The notes under the pieces: model-generated
Told to the model about the DNA's origin: nothing
The model's database searches: none
Seen by the model: only the letters and a program-made list of their open reading frames with translations
Part shown: one piece after another, positions 12,775 to 26,786 of the stretch
Layout of the letters: the number at the start of each line of letters is the position of its first letter
Numbering within the stretch: position 1 is the first letter of the stretch
Position numbers and translations under genes: made by a program
Assembly (NCBI GenBank): GCA_050084985.1
Contig: JBITNC010000001.1
Span: 121,768,001 to 121,832,000 of the forward strand
Origin: Nageia nagi
Taxonomy: Eukaryota; Plantae; Pinophyta
Length of the DNA: 64,000 nt
Direction: 5' to 3'

Positions 12775-15700
12775 CCCTCTTGGGATGAAGCTTTGTCCTT
12801 AAAGTTTGAAGTGTGGAAACTATTGCTGTAGCTGATAAAGTATTTCCCATGTTGCATATTCTAGTGCCATGCCTTGCCACTACATAAGGACTTTTGTGAT
12901 TGAATGATTATGAAGCTACCATGAATGTTGATCCAAAACTAATTTAGGTATAATTACCATTGATCCATTCTCTACCAACTCAAGTAATTATGTCTAAACT
13001 TGAACCTTCAATCCAACCACTTTCTTGAGATAAGAGAAATGAAACATTGGGTGAATCTTGGAAGAAGTAGGAAGCTTTAGTTTGTATGTAGCTGGGCCAA
13101 TGCACTGTAACACCTTATAGGGACCATAAACCTTTGGGGCCAATTTTTAAGGGCCTTTTATTTTTAAGTATTTTTGGCAATAAGGTTGCAACCTCAGAAA
13201 GACCATTTCATCTACCTGGAATACCCTTTCCACATGTTGCTAATCAGCCTATTGTTTCATATGGTGTTGAGATATCTAAAGGTTATCCTTGAAAAAATAA
13301 ATAATATTATATTTAGTAACTAAATATAAGTCAAATTCCTAACTTTACTAGTGCCTGCAACATAAAAGATGACTATTGGTGGAGCTTGACCATACACTAC
13401 TTCATAGGGGGTCATCTTGCTAATAGAATGATAAGATGTATTATACCACCACTCAACTAAGGGAAGCTATCATACTAATGCATAGGTTGTGCTGAAGCAA
13501 AATAAGGTAAAAATATTTCCAAACATTTGTTGATAATTTCAATCCAACCATTAGTTTGTGGGTGATATGCTAAGCTCATGTTTAGTTGGGTACCTTGCAA
13601 CTTAAAAAGCTCTTACCAAAAATAGCTTGTAAAAGTGGGATCACAATCATTAACAATCATCTTTGGCATGCCATGAAGTTTAAAAATTGTATCCAAGAAT
13701 AATTGTGCCACTTTGATTACCTTGTAGGGATGAGCTAATGAACCAAAATGGGCATATTTGGATAATTGATCAACCACCACTAGAATAACTGATTTACCAT
13801 TGGATTTAGGAAGGCCTTTAATGAAATCCATTGAGACATTGATCCATGTATGAGTAGGTATGGGAAGAGGTTGAAGAAGTCCCAAAGTAGCCACTATCTC
13901 ACCCTTTTATCATTAACACACATCATAAGCTACCACAAATTGCTTGATATCCAATTTCATACCTACCCAATAAAATGACCATGCCAGTCGCTTATAAGTT
14001 TTCAAAATTTTTGTCATGTCCTGATGTAGGTGTGGAATGCAATTCAGAAAGTATTTTTGATTTACATTTTGAAGGAGATGATAACAAAATTTGACCTTTA
14101 AATCTCAAAATACCATCATGCCATGTGTGGTGTGGTTTACTAATGGGGTCTTGAGTGATTTGTTTTAACAATCCTTGGGTGGAGCTATCCTTTACCCACT
14201 CTTGTTTAACTTTATCTAAATATTAAGGAATAGGATATGAAAGAGCTTGTAGTGCTACTTGATATTCAAATTTTTTGGTAGAGCATTGACAATCATATTC
14301 TCTTTACCTTTACAATATTACTATCTCATAATCATACTCCAGTAGTTTGGTCACCAATTTTTGTTACTCAAGCATGGAAATGTGTTGGCTCAATGATTAA
14401 TTTCAAAATATGATGATTTGTGAGGATTATGAAATGATGACCAATGATATATGGTCTCTAGTGCTAAACTACATGAATGATGGAAACCATTTCTTTTTCA
14501 TAAGTGGATTTACCCAAATTTTTATGAAAGAGTGCTCTACTAGTGAACACCAAGGGACACCCTCCTACATTAATACTACCTTGATTACTACTCCACAAGC
14601 ATCACTTTCTATCACAAAGGTTTTAGAAAAATTTGGCATTACTAATATTGGGGTGGTACACATTGCCTCCTTGAGCTTAAGGAAAGCTACTTTAGCTTGA
14701 AGGGGACCATTAGAATGCATTATTTTTTAACAACATGGTTAGAGGTGTTGTAATCTTACCATAATCCTTCACAAATTTCCTATAATATCCTATCAACACC
14801 AAGAATCCTTGGAGATTTTTCAAAGGTGTAAGAATAGACCAATTTTGCATGTTAGTAATCTTTTATGGATCCACCTTAACTCCCTATTTAGATATAATAT
14901 GGCCTAAGTTATAAATTTCCTTCTTGTTAAATGTACATTTTGATGTTTTTGCATATATCTAGTGTTCCTTCAAACTTTGTAAGGTTTGGTCAACAAGTGT
15001 CACATTATCTTGCCATTTCTTACTATAGATCAAGATATTATCAAAGAAAACTAAAATGAACTTCCTAAGGAATGGATGAAACACCTAATTCACTTAAACT
15101 TTGAAATGTGGATGGAGCATTTGTGAGGAAAAAAGGCATGAAAAAGAACTCATAATGGACCTCATGGGTGTGAAATGTAGTTTTTGGTATATCCTCCTCC
15201 TTGAGGTGGATTTGGTGATACCTAGATCGTAAGTCAAACTTGGAAAAATATCTTGCCCCATGCATTTCATCCAATAATTCAGCAATGATCAGTATGGGAA
15301 GTTTGTCCTTGATGGTAATTTTGTTAAGGGCCCTAAAATCCACACACATACACCATGAACCATCTTTCTTATGAACCAATATAATTGGAGAAGAATATGG
15401 GCTTATGCTAGGTTGGATTACTCTTCCATCCAATAATTCCTTAAATAATTTTTCAATTTCATTTTTTTTGTAAACAAGGATATTGATAAGGATGAATGTT
15501 TGGTGGGTGACTTCCCAACATCAACTAGATAGCATGATCATGTGATCACTAGGGTGGTAAGCCCATTGGTTCCTCAAAGGCACTTGCATGTTTACTTAAG
15601 ATGGGTTGTAGATTCTTAGGCTCTATGACTTCAAATTCAGTGATTGATAAAGAGTATAACTATGCCATCATCCCCTTTCTAATTTTTCATAGAATCTTTT

Positions 15701-16620
15701 CCATGTTATGTGAGCTCACAATTTGTAGAGGTCCACCCTGTAATCCCCTAAGAGTACCCTCTTGTTTGTCTATCTTGAAGGTCATCTATAACTCTACAAA
15801 ATTCCATTGCATGATGCCCAAAGTCCTCAGCCATTGTACCCCAACACTATATCACATCCCCCAAGTGGTAAAGTGTACATGTTGCTTTTCAAAGTATAGT
15901 GGTCCATGCTCAATTTGAAATTTTGACATGTTCCTTTACATGCTATTTTTCCTCCATTACCAACCATAACCTCAAAATTATTTGTAGGGTGGATGTAACA
16001 ATTAGCAACCTTAGCCACCAGTGGATCAATAAAATTATGAGTACTTCCTGAATCCAACAATATTATGAGAGGGTGCTTTTTAAAAAACCCTTTAACCTTC
16101 ATAGTTTGAGGGGTAGTAATTACTACCAATGCACTGTAAGATATAACTAGGGCCTCTTCATATAGAATTTTTTTTGTAGCCTCTTCAAGTGCACTCTCAT
16201 ATTCCTCCTCACTAGGAGCATTAGCATTAAGCAAATATAACTTTTTTTGAGTACAATGATGACCATGAATAAATTTCTCATCATAATTAAGCACAAACCT
16301 TTCTTTCAATGCTCTTCCATTTCCTCCCATGTCAATTCTTAGTTTGCATTATGCAATTTGGTGGTGGGGCACTTGTGTTATTAGAGGAATGGGAAATATT
16401 ATGTGTTTTTGTGAATGGGGGTCTTACATTTTATAATGAGCACTAGCTTTATTTTAGCAAGCTTTGCCAAAGCAATAGCATCCATCATAGTTTTGGGATT
16501 AAACATTTTGACCTTTGGTTTAATTTTTTCCTTTAATCCACTAATAAAAAAACTTGTGAAAAATGCATTATCCAACCCCTCTGTGTGATTTGTCAATTTT
16601 TAGCTTAGACCTCTAAGAAT
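12775..16620 (-). pseudogene. gag-pol: gag(C-terminal)-PR-RT-RH-INT-chromodomain polyprotein, disrupted
   Basis: FISGLKEKIK (gag); LLDSGSTHNF (protease); SPYSSPIILVHKKDGSWCMCVDFRALN and VFFDNIL (RT); GLLQPLPIP...SMDFIKGLPKS (INT); C-terminal KVLM*WQG...ATWE..QLQQ*FP (chromodomain, ~12805-12900). Confidence 0.92.
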
Positions 16621-16674
16621 TTGTTTTTTGGTTTTCTTGTATAGAATGGCCCTAGAAGGAGCTTTGATACTAGA

Positions 16675-17084
16675 TGTTATGATGCTACAAATATGAAAAG
16701 GGAATATTGTAGAAATGTAATGAATATCAATTTGAAATAGGAAAATGACAACTAATCTACTGGAAATAATAGGGCATGTGTTGATAAATAGAACATGAAA
16801 TAGCAACAATAAGCTAATAAGGATAGGATTTTACTGAATAGTAACAAAATCATAGGCCACTTCAAGGGGGCTACCTCCTTACAACTCCAAAAGTGAAAAA
16901 TAATGTTCAAGATGCCTTTCTTCATACACTTCTACCTATTTATAATGTACTAACCCTAACCCTAATAGTAATGAAAACTTAGGCCCTACCCTTACAATCA
17001 AAATATTACAGTTGCAATATAGGTTGGCAATTTAATTAAAATACTAATACTAACACTAAAATATTAGGATGTGGGATCCTAAAA
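16675..17084 (-). repeat. 5' LTR of Reina-like element
   Basis: Begins TG next to a decayed GCTCTGATACCA PBS; terminal ACA has mutated to AAA and is followed by the TSD TCATT. Confidence 0.93.
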
Positions 17085-20000
17085 TCATTTAAGCTCTACA
17101 TGAATGATTGGTATTATACATACTCATACATCATCATGTTTAGCTTAGTCTTTCTTTTTTGCAAGCATTGTATATCTACATGCTATGATTTTATGCTTAG
17201 TAGGTTTGTGAACCTATGATCATTTACCCTTCATCTACTAGGGTAAAGTAGAAGTCATTTATTTTCATTAGACATAATTATGATTTTAGTTCAACATGAA
17301 GGATTGGTAATAAATACATTCTAACATCACCATGTTCAACATTATCATTTAAGATCAACATGAATGATTAGCAATCAACATACTCATACGTTGTCATGTT
17401 CAACTTAGTCATCTTTATACAAGCATCATATGCATGCTTGTTACAAATATGCTCAATCATTTCCCCTTTAACCATTGGGGCAAAGTAGAAGATATTTTCT
17501 TTAGTCATATCATTAGACATTGAATTTTTAAAATTCTCTTTAAAATGTAATTTTATTTTTAACATTATACTTTTATATATTTATTTATTTACCTTGTTTG
17601 GTTGTGTATTATTTGAGTTGAATCCTTATGTCTGTGCTTCATTTCATGGTCTATGTTTGATGTCCATTTTTTCAAAATCTTAAAGGATACCTAATGATGG
17701 CCTCATGCTATCTTATCAAGAGAATGCATGGCCTATCATTGGAAATCCTTTAAGATATACTTTATGAATCATTTATCCCATACATGAGTTGTGTAGTTTT
17801 GCATAACATAAGACATATGGAATCTTTTTATTAGCAAATATTTCTTTTTCCCTATCAAGGTTATTTGAATGATTTGTTAGATGTTCAAATGATTGGTTAG
17901 TTAGAGTAATTAAAATGATTCATCAATTATTTAGACAATTTTGTTGGTCTATTTCACACCTTGTAAACCTTTGGTTATGATCATTATTTCCTACTCCATT
18001 TAGTCAAATGGGTTAGGCATATTTTCTTATCATCTATCACACCTTCTTTCTTCATGCATCATTTATATTTTTTGTACAAGCATCATATGCCTATGTGCTA
18101 TGTATACACTCAATCATTTACCATTTATCTACTAGGGTAAACTAAATATCATGTGTCATTTATCATTTTTATGTGAGCATCAGCTATATGATTGATAGGG
18201 CTATGTACCTATAGTCATGTTCCCTTCATCTCCTAGGGAAAAGTAGAGGTCATTATCTTTTATAATTTATCATTTTTATCTTTTATTATTATTCTTTCTT
18301 ATCATTTATCATGTGTCATTTTTATCATTGATCATTTTCATCACTTATCATTTTATCATTTATCATTTGTCATTGTTGTCATTCGTTACTTTTATCATTT
18401 ATCATGTTAATCTTTTATCATTTATTTTTGCCATGTCATTAAACATTATGTTTTATTTCATTTTAAAAAAATAAATAAAATAAAATAAAAATAGAAATAT
18501 GTATATAACAAAAATATCTTTTTATTATTTTTTTTCTTTTACATCATGTGATGGTGAATTTTTACATTTGTTCATCTTCATTATTTTGATTATTGCTTGT
18601 TTTATCCTAATAAGCATCTGATCTAGTCTATGCTTGGTCCTATACCCTCTTCATTCTATGTTATGATTTTTTTCATCTGGAGTCTATTGCAACTAAAGGT
18701 TCTCCTCTATAGAATCCATAATTGTCTTGTTCACTTCCAAGGATGTTCTTGTATACATTGGCTCTCCGCTTCCAACATGCTATGTTTCAATGAAAATTGC
18801 TATAGGTGTTTTAGAAGTTGCACTTTAGCTTCCTTTCTATCTCTTAATATTGCTCAATTATCACCTTCTTCTCTGTAGTTAGTTTATCTTGCTTAGGCAT
18901 GAGCTCTTTCCAAGACTACATGCACATTATGTTCTATCTCCATAGCATGTCACATTTATGCATCAGTATCTCTACTTCTCTCTTAGCTTTGACCAATTCT
19001 TAGTGCAAGTAGATATTCTATACTTCTATCCATCCTTACATCTCTTCAATTGTATTCATAAGAGTACCTACTATGTGTTCAACCTTTTCTTTTTTGCTGT
19101 AATGCATCCACTATTTATCATCAACCATAGCCCTAATTTTTGACTTATTTATTTTTTGTAACACTCAAATGATTTAGGAATGAACAAAGTGATCCAAATG
19201 AGTTTGATATGTTGCTAGCAACCTCAACACTCACATGGCAAGATTAGCCAAGAACCTAGCAAAAACCAACCTTGATAAATGTTTTTGGTGTTCACTTTTC
19301 AACACTCACCTTATTGAAAAAACACCTCAAAATTAATATCACCATTCTTATTCCATGTCTTGTGTGCAATAGGATTTTTGATTATAGCATAGTGGTTTTC
19401 TAATTAGGGCCCATATCACCCAAGAAATCACACTTCCACTAATTTAGTTATCATCTCTTAATGATAACTCACCATATCATAGGAGTAGTTAACTTGTCCT
19501 ATGCAAGCTTCCTTATGAGTAGGTAGCATTGCCTATGGAACAATCATCATATCCCTATCTGCTAACTACAAGTGATATGAATACTAATTACCTTCACCTA
19601 GTAATAGTAGTTTCTCCAATTACTATCCCCACCTAACTCACCTATCAAGGAATATGAGTAATAACCTTCCCATAACTATCGGTTAGTCCCACCATGTGGT
19701 TTGACATCCCAATGCCCATAACTTGGGGAGCCATGGATATTAAACAAATCCTCAAGTGGTTGTTTAGTATAATATATTTTTAAATGTGTTGAAAAACCTA
19801 TGTCCTATTGATCATATACTAATATTTTTAAATAGTGAAGTGGGTATAAGACATGTTCTAAGGTTTAACACCATTCATCCATACCCATGAGGAGTACCTC
19901 AAAAGTATTAGTTATGGATTATGTAGGAAGACACATATTTTCTTGTTTTATCCCATACACATTGTATCACATATACAAATCCAATTTTTAAAAGATCTCT

Positions 20001-21092
20001 TGAATATAAAAAGTAACAAGTTGTTAGGGAGAATCTTTTCATTATTGCTACAAAAGTAATGTAATACTAAGTGGTCCTCATGCAAAGAATATTCCTTTTA
20101 TTTATTATCTAGAAATGTAGGTTTACTTGGTGAAGGTTATTCATTACATTTCTTGCATTCATCCAAAAAGAATCCTTAATGATTACATTTATCTCATGGG
20201 GTACCATTGATATCCACTTTGATTCTAAGGGTCCCTGAGATATGCCAAATGCTCACAAATTGTCATTTGGAACCTTAAATCTAGTTTAGGGTTAATTCTA
20301 AGTTGTTGGGATAATTTTGGATTTATCAAGATTGATAACCTAATTCACCTATGACTACTACCTAACAAGTATTAATTCTTACTCCCATTTATCAAAACAT
20401 AAAACTTAACGTGTAATAAGAGATAGCAAATTCATCTATATTTCATTTGTCATTTAGTATAATAGCAGAGATAAATACAACATAATCCTCATTAAGTATT
20501 TCTAAGTTAAAAATCAATTACAAGGGTCTAGATATACCTCATAACTACAACATATACAAAAATAACATAGCTTCCATAAACTTATTACAAGACATTAATA
20601 CATCATCATTTTCATCATCTTATAATACAAATGAAGTATAATATTGTTACTTAGTGAGTCATTATATGGCTCATTGTGGAAACACATCCATTGATCTTCA
20701 AACAACAATCATCAAGCATCTCTATCATTTTTCAACAATAATCATTGAACATTGATCCATTCCCTTAGAACTCAATGGTTGGATCGAGTACTAGGGAGGA
20801 GGAAGATCAGGACAACCCCATTATAACGTTGACCATTATGCAAGGAATTCTATTTCATGTATTTTTTTCTAATCTATGGGCCTTAGAAGGATTTTATTTC
20901 TTTTTGGACTACCTTATTTCCTTGGTCAAATATTTCATTATTCAATAATTTTTAATGTACCATTCTTTCATATACAAGCTTACTATTTTCCTATTACTCC
21001 TAGTTATTTTTTTCTAATTAATTAAATGCTTATAGTAAATTCATATATGATATTATCCACTTTCTAAAAATAGTTTAATTTTCTTATATGTC

Positions 21093-21100
21093 ATATATAT

Positions 21101-21141
<41 letters not shown>
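21093..21141. repeat. (TA)n microsatellite with one interruption
   Basis: Seen directly. Confidence 0.95.
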
Positions 21142-21145
<4 letters not shown>

Positions 21146-24100
21146 ATGTATGTATGTATACATATTTATACTTTTGTTCATTTATATGGTCCAACATCAA
21201 CCAAACATATGAAAGGCTGATAATTAATATGGAGACATGATAGTTTCCAATCATGTATGCCAAGTGGGTTCTTGACAAGTAAGAAATGATGGTGATATAA
21301 TAAGATAAACTAATTTGTATGCTTATTGATTCCAAACCTTTGCATTTGAGAGGTAGCTCAGGAGTATACATAGTTTGAGAAGGTGACATAGAGAAACTAT
21401 GCTAAAACTATGAAAAATAGATGAATTTTAATAGTATATTGCACAATTTGGCAAATGAATGATATAGCTCATGGTGAAAAAAAAGGAAAATCTAACTCTA
21501 CCTAGTGAGTATACACATACTTTTAGTAGGAGATTAGACTCTACGATGAGAAGAGCTTAGCAAAGAGCATCTATTTCTTATACACAAGGAAAGCCATAAG
21601 TGCCTTACATTCTCATAAGTGCTATTAGAGATAGTTATTTTAATATTTAATATTAATCAATATTTTATTTAGTTCTAGTTTTCTTTCAACTAAATTTGAC
21701 CATTCTATGATGAATTCTTTACAGGGAAGAAGGACTATGTAAAAGAGCATCAGTTTCTAGCTTGAAACCTCATACTTCTCAATAAGCTTGTGAGATAATA
21801 GAGAGAAAGAGAGTAGGGCAAGGAGACTATATAGTTTTTCAAGATCATATAATGATCTAAGAATCATATGAACTCAAAGGCTTCCTTTGAGAAAGAAGGA
21901 TGTAATTTACAATCTTTGCTAGCATTGCATGTCATCATGGAAGCTTTAGAAGTTTGAAGGCCTACTAATAGCCACTTTGGAGTCTTTCCATCCAATGTGG
22001 AGGCCATGAATGCCTCAATATACAATTATGATAGATTAAATGCAAGGTACTCAAGCTTAGTTTCAAAATAGAAGGATTTTACAAGTGATTGGTCAAATTT
22101 GGTAACCTTTACCCACATTTTTCTAACGTAAGTCACTATGGATACTCTATGCCAAATATGGTGATGCCTTATAGAAGAAATAAACTAAATTTTGGGGTCA
22201 TATGAGGGTGATACAAAAATGCTTAATTTGAAAAATATTTTACAATATAGTAATTATGGACAAACAAACTTTCAAAGGATGGCTATCGTGAATCCATATT
22301 TTATTCTACCATTCATTAAAAGTAGTCTTTTGCAACAAAACTTTATATATGCTTGTAAATTAGTTAGAAATTACATATCATTGTAAAAATAGGATGCTAT
22401 ATTTAATACAAGAATTTACATGGATTAAAATAGAAATATAAAGAGCTTTTTTATGGGATTAAAAAGGAGGTAGGATAGCTTAATTACTTAGAGATGATTT
22501 ATATTCTTAGAAGTAACAATTATGTGACCAGTTCCATCAAAAAAGAAAATATCATAAAGTATTTTTGTACTTGTAATTTTCCACCCTTAGATATAAATGA
22601 AGAAAATATAATAATATCCCATCCTTTTACTTTTAAGAACAAGACATGCTACCAACCATTCACATGCAACATCTCAACCAATATGCCTCTTCAAAAGATA
22701 CAAGGCTTCTAAGATAATTAATCAAATGAAAGTTTATCAAATACAATTCATAAAATATATAAAATGAAATATTTTAGCTTAGGCATATAAAAAATGCAAA
22801 AAATGCACCTTGACTTGGAGAAGGAAGAGAGAGACTTCTTTTCTTCACATAATCCAAGCTTGAGAATAACCAAAATAAAATAAAATAGCAAGAGATAGAT
22901 AGGTAGTTTTTGTTGGTATTTTTCCAATTCTATACTCATTTATTTATATATAAAGGGGTTCAAATGTGTTCAAATGGATGTCTCCTCACACCCTTAATAA
23001 TTTTGAGTTAGGTTTGCTTAAAGTTGGAACTGATGGTAATGGCATTTGATACTTTGGAATCTTTTTCATTAGTTGACAATTTAGTGCAAACTCTTATCCA
23101 TGCCTAACACAAAAATACAAAACTAAGTAGGGTCATTTCTCTATTATTTTCCTAGCTATTAAATATCATGTCATACCATAAGGATACCTTAGTCTCTATG
23201 TAATAGTGTTTTTACTATTAGCCCTATGTGCCAATAATATGGACACTTATATCCAACTTTTACCCTATTAATTTTTTTTCTAACCTTATAATAATTTTCA
23301 AATTTAAATCAATATATATCCCCTTTTTCCTTCCATATCAAAATTTGAATTTCAAAAATACCAAACAAGGGAAAATACATCTTTACCTACAATGATAACT
23401 TCATCCTATAGAGTAAGGTTAATCCACACATTTTTGTAAACATATTTTCATTGAGAAATCAATAATCATAAAAATTATTCTACATGCATCTACATGATTT
23501 ATGATGGTCATAGGGTATGTTAGTGATTCAATGGTAATCATTTCCTCCTCTTCTCATTCCATTTCTATCACCAATTCATGTTTGGTCTATAGGGTCTTTG
23601 GGTTGCTTCTCCACTCTATGACCTATGTCAAAACATCTCAAAGTCAACATCAAATTATCACAAATGATACATATTCACATATCAAACTTGTCATTACCAT
23701 ATTATTATGCAAACATAATTCATTCAAATCCTTGATGGTACTCGATGTCAAATAGTGTCTTGAGATGGGTCATGATAGTTGCCTTCACTACTTGTGTACC
23801 CTTTGGCATCACTTATTCCTCTATGGATTTGGTTACATCATGATTCAATTAGATCCATGGTTAGTAAGTCTTTCCTCTACATTCCTTTCATGTTTTGTGT
23901 CCCATTTAAAAAGGCTATAATGAATAGGAAGGATCGCATAGTGTACCCACCATGAGTTCATCTCATCCATCTATTTAATCATCACATGTCTATCCATCAT
24001 TATATCCCATCTATCCATAATGTCACCATGGATTCACCCCTTATTAAATTTCACATCTCCACTAGTACTGCTACACATCTATCCATCATTTTTTCCTATC

Positions 24101-26786
24101 TATTCATTTATCCTTTGTGTATCCCACTATTGCTATCATCATTACATCCCTATCTAGTCATTATGTGCATACCATCCATCCCTTTAGTCCTTCTTACCCC
24201 ATATCATGTCCTTGTCTCTTCATTCATTTCATTTGACCATTCAAACAATAGTCATTCAAACTCATGAGTTATTATGAGATTCATGTCTTTGAGAATATCT
24301 CATCTTTATCAATCATTTTTCTTCATTTATCATTATCATCATCATTACCACTATTATTCATCATAATCTTTTCATGTATTTCCTTTTTTAGCAAGCATCT
24401 TATTCTCATCCTTCTTAGTACTATTATGGATTTGTTTCACTTACTCACCCTTCTAAGTGAGCTATAGGATATCCTTGTGTACTATGGAAGCTATGAAACT
24501 TTAACCCTTTGAGCCACATTTGTTATCGAGTCCTTATTATGATAGTGATTGGCCTTCATTTATGAGTAGCCCAAAACTTTCTTCAAGATTTGCATGGTCC
24601 ATCATCTTGAACATGCTGATCATGTTTTCCTATTCCTATTATTGCTAATTTATCTCAATTAGACATGGTGTGTGATGGTATACACCCCATTTAATCACTT
24701 ATTATTGCAATTGGTGCACTATGCTAGTCCACCATCTCTTCAATCATGGGAGTATTATGAGCCAATCACTATTTCCTAGTCAATACATCAATTTTGACTT
24801 CAATGGTCATCCATATATTCCTTTTGCATGATCCACCATGGTGAAGATCAGATTCTATATATCTAATTCACCTTCCTATGTCACTTCCTACCTTTGTCTC
24901 ATTAGTTTATCCTCAAGCTAGACCTATTATATTCCTCTTCTTTTGATGATGATGATATCTTGTTCGACTCATATGCTTAGTCACTTGACTATGCATTGGA
25001 TGCACCATCATGGCTACCCACTAGGCTTATTAGTGGGAATATTGCTTTTTGCATTTTCCACCCATCTAAGCTTATAGGTGGTAATTAGTATTTATTTTTA
25101 ATAAAATCATCATTTCTTGTATCATATCCTTTTGTTATGATTGTATTTTTATCTTGCTTGACTGTTCATTCAAATGATCAAGCATATAGTCCCATCCATA
25201 TTTTTCATCACTATTGTTTGATATGCTTCATTCATTTTAATTGATGATTTATGATTTGAATTTCTTTGTGGTATTATATGTTCTTCTCTCATCACTTTAT
25301 CTATCATCATCTTTAGCCTCTTTTGGGAAACTCTGATAGTTTCCTAATAGCTTTTGTTCTTCCCCTTCATCTATGTCATCTTTTTTAGTATGTCAGTTGT
25401 GATTTTATCATTTCATTCTCTTCTATCTCACTTGATTGCAATCAAGGATAGAACCCTCTTCCTTGGCCTTCATCCTAATATTCCTTAGGATACCCTTCAT
25501 CATTAGATTTATGATCAAGTCATTCAACATGCCTATCTTGCATTGTAGACCACTCTCTGCCTTGGCATCATGCACATTCAGAAATACCATATTTTTCATC
25601 AATATGCCATCTTCTTAGTTCATTGGTTGAAGGATGCAAATCATCTATCCATCATCTTTGCCCTTCTTTATCCCTTGTACTAGATGTGGAAGATCATCCT
25701 TTACTACCCATGGAACATTCTCATGTTTCACTTCATGTACTTCATTGGTCTATTGGTGCTTCATCCTAAGGAATGCTATCACCCTTTCATCTTCATGCAC
25801 ATAGTTTGGTAGTGTGATATACATTATAAGTCTACCTTTTGTATGCAATAGCATATGAGAATGATAAATGGGTATTTTACCTATATTTTGACATCCTATG
25901 TTGCTTCCTACTGATCATGCATGTGAGCCTCTTTAATCAATCAAGCTTGCCTATCAACCAATTGAGTTTATTTGCATCCATATCTAAGAGCTTTAGTTCT
26001 AGCTCTACTTATCCTATTAATGATTTAACATAGTATTCAACTTCATATTTTATCAGGCTATCCGCTTGAGCTTATCAGTGAATTTGTCATCTTGGCTACT
26101 TTAGGTATTTTTTCCTAATTGTATTTATCCTTTGCATGTTGGCTATCCAACTAAGTATGTTGATGGAATTTTTATTAATGTAAATGCATATGTGTTCTTA
26201 TTCCTTTCATTCTTATGTTAGTGTGGTTGGATATTATCATTATCTATGATAATTTTATTCAATAATCAATTATCTATATTTTATCATGTGGTTTATTTTA
26301 TTTTCATGTCTATTTTATTTTCTTTATCATGCCAAGGCTCTTGATCTATTTTGTTTTCAATCATTTATCTCCATCTCACCATATCACCTGTTCTATTTTT
26401 ATTATCATGAGTATCACTCTCTTATTCCCCATGAGCAATGTAATCTCCTTTTGTCTTTAGTTTTAACCTTGTTAGATCATTGTCTCATTTGATTGCATTC
26501 ATGTGATCAATAATATTTCATCTATATCCAATTTCTTGAAAATAAATCTTGTCTTTGTTGACCATTTGAATTTAAATTTAAACAATCTTTTGTTTCCTAT
26601 CAATCCTATTGAATATTAAGTCATTACCCATCATTCAGTCTCAACCATGATCATGGTCTTTTTCATTTAATGATCTATATCCTCCTATGATTACCCATGG
26701 TCATTAATTATCAAGTATGAGATCCAATTTATTCTTATACAACCTATTGTGCATCAAAATTAGACTTCATTAGATTTTCATGGTGT

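Larger units (their letters stand above)
12358..17084 (-). mobile_element. Complete-boundary chromovirus (Reina-like) Ty3/gypsy LTR retrotransposon, decayed
   Basis: LTRs at 12358-12768 and 16675-17084 (~410 bp, about 10% diverged by eye). 5-bp TSD TCATT at 12353-12357 and 17085-17089. tRNA-Met PBS at 16661-16672 and PPT at 12769-12781. Confidence 0.95.

Noticed and set aside
19157-23400. Defined LTR elements (TGTAACACTC at 19157; PPT-like tract plus TGTAAT at 21901)
   Set aside because: LTR-like termini, but I could not establish partner LTRs, TSDs or coding domains; left unannotated.
26056-26074. miR390 target-like GCTATCCGCTTGAGCTT (TAS3)
   Set aside because: Imperfect match, no tasiARF sequence or second site nearby, and it lies within TE DNA.
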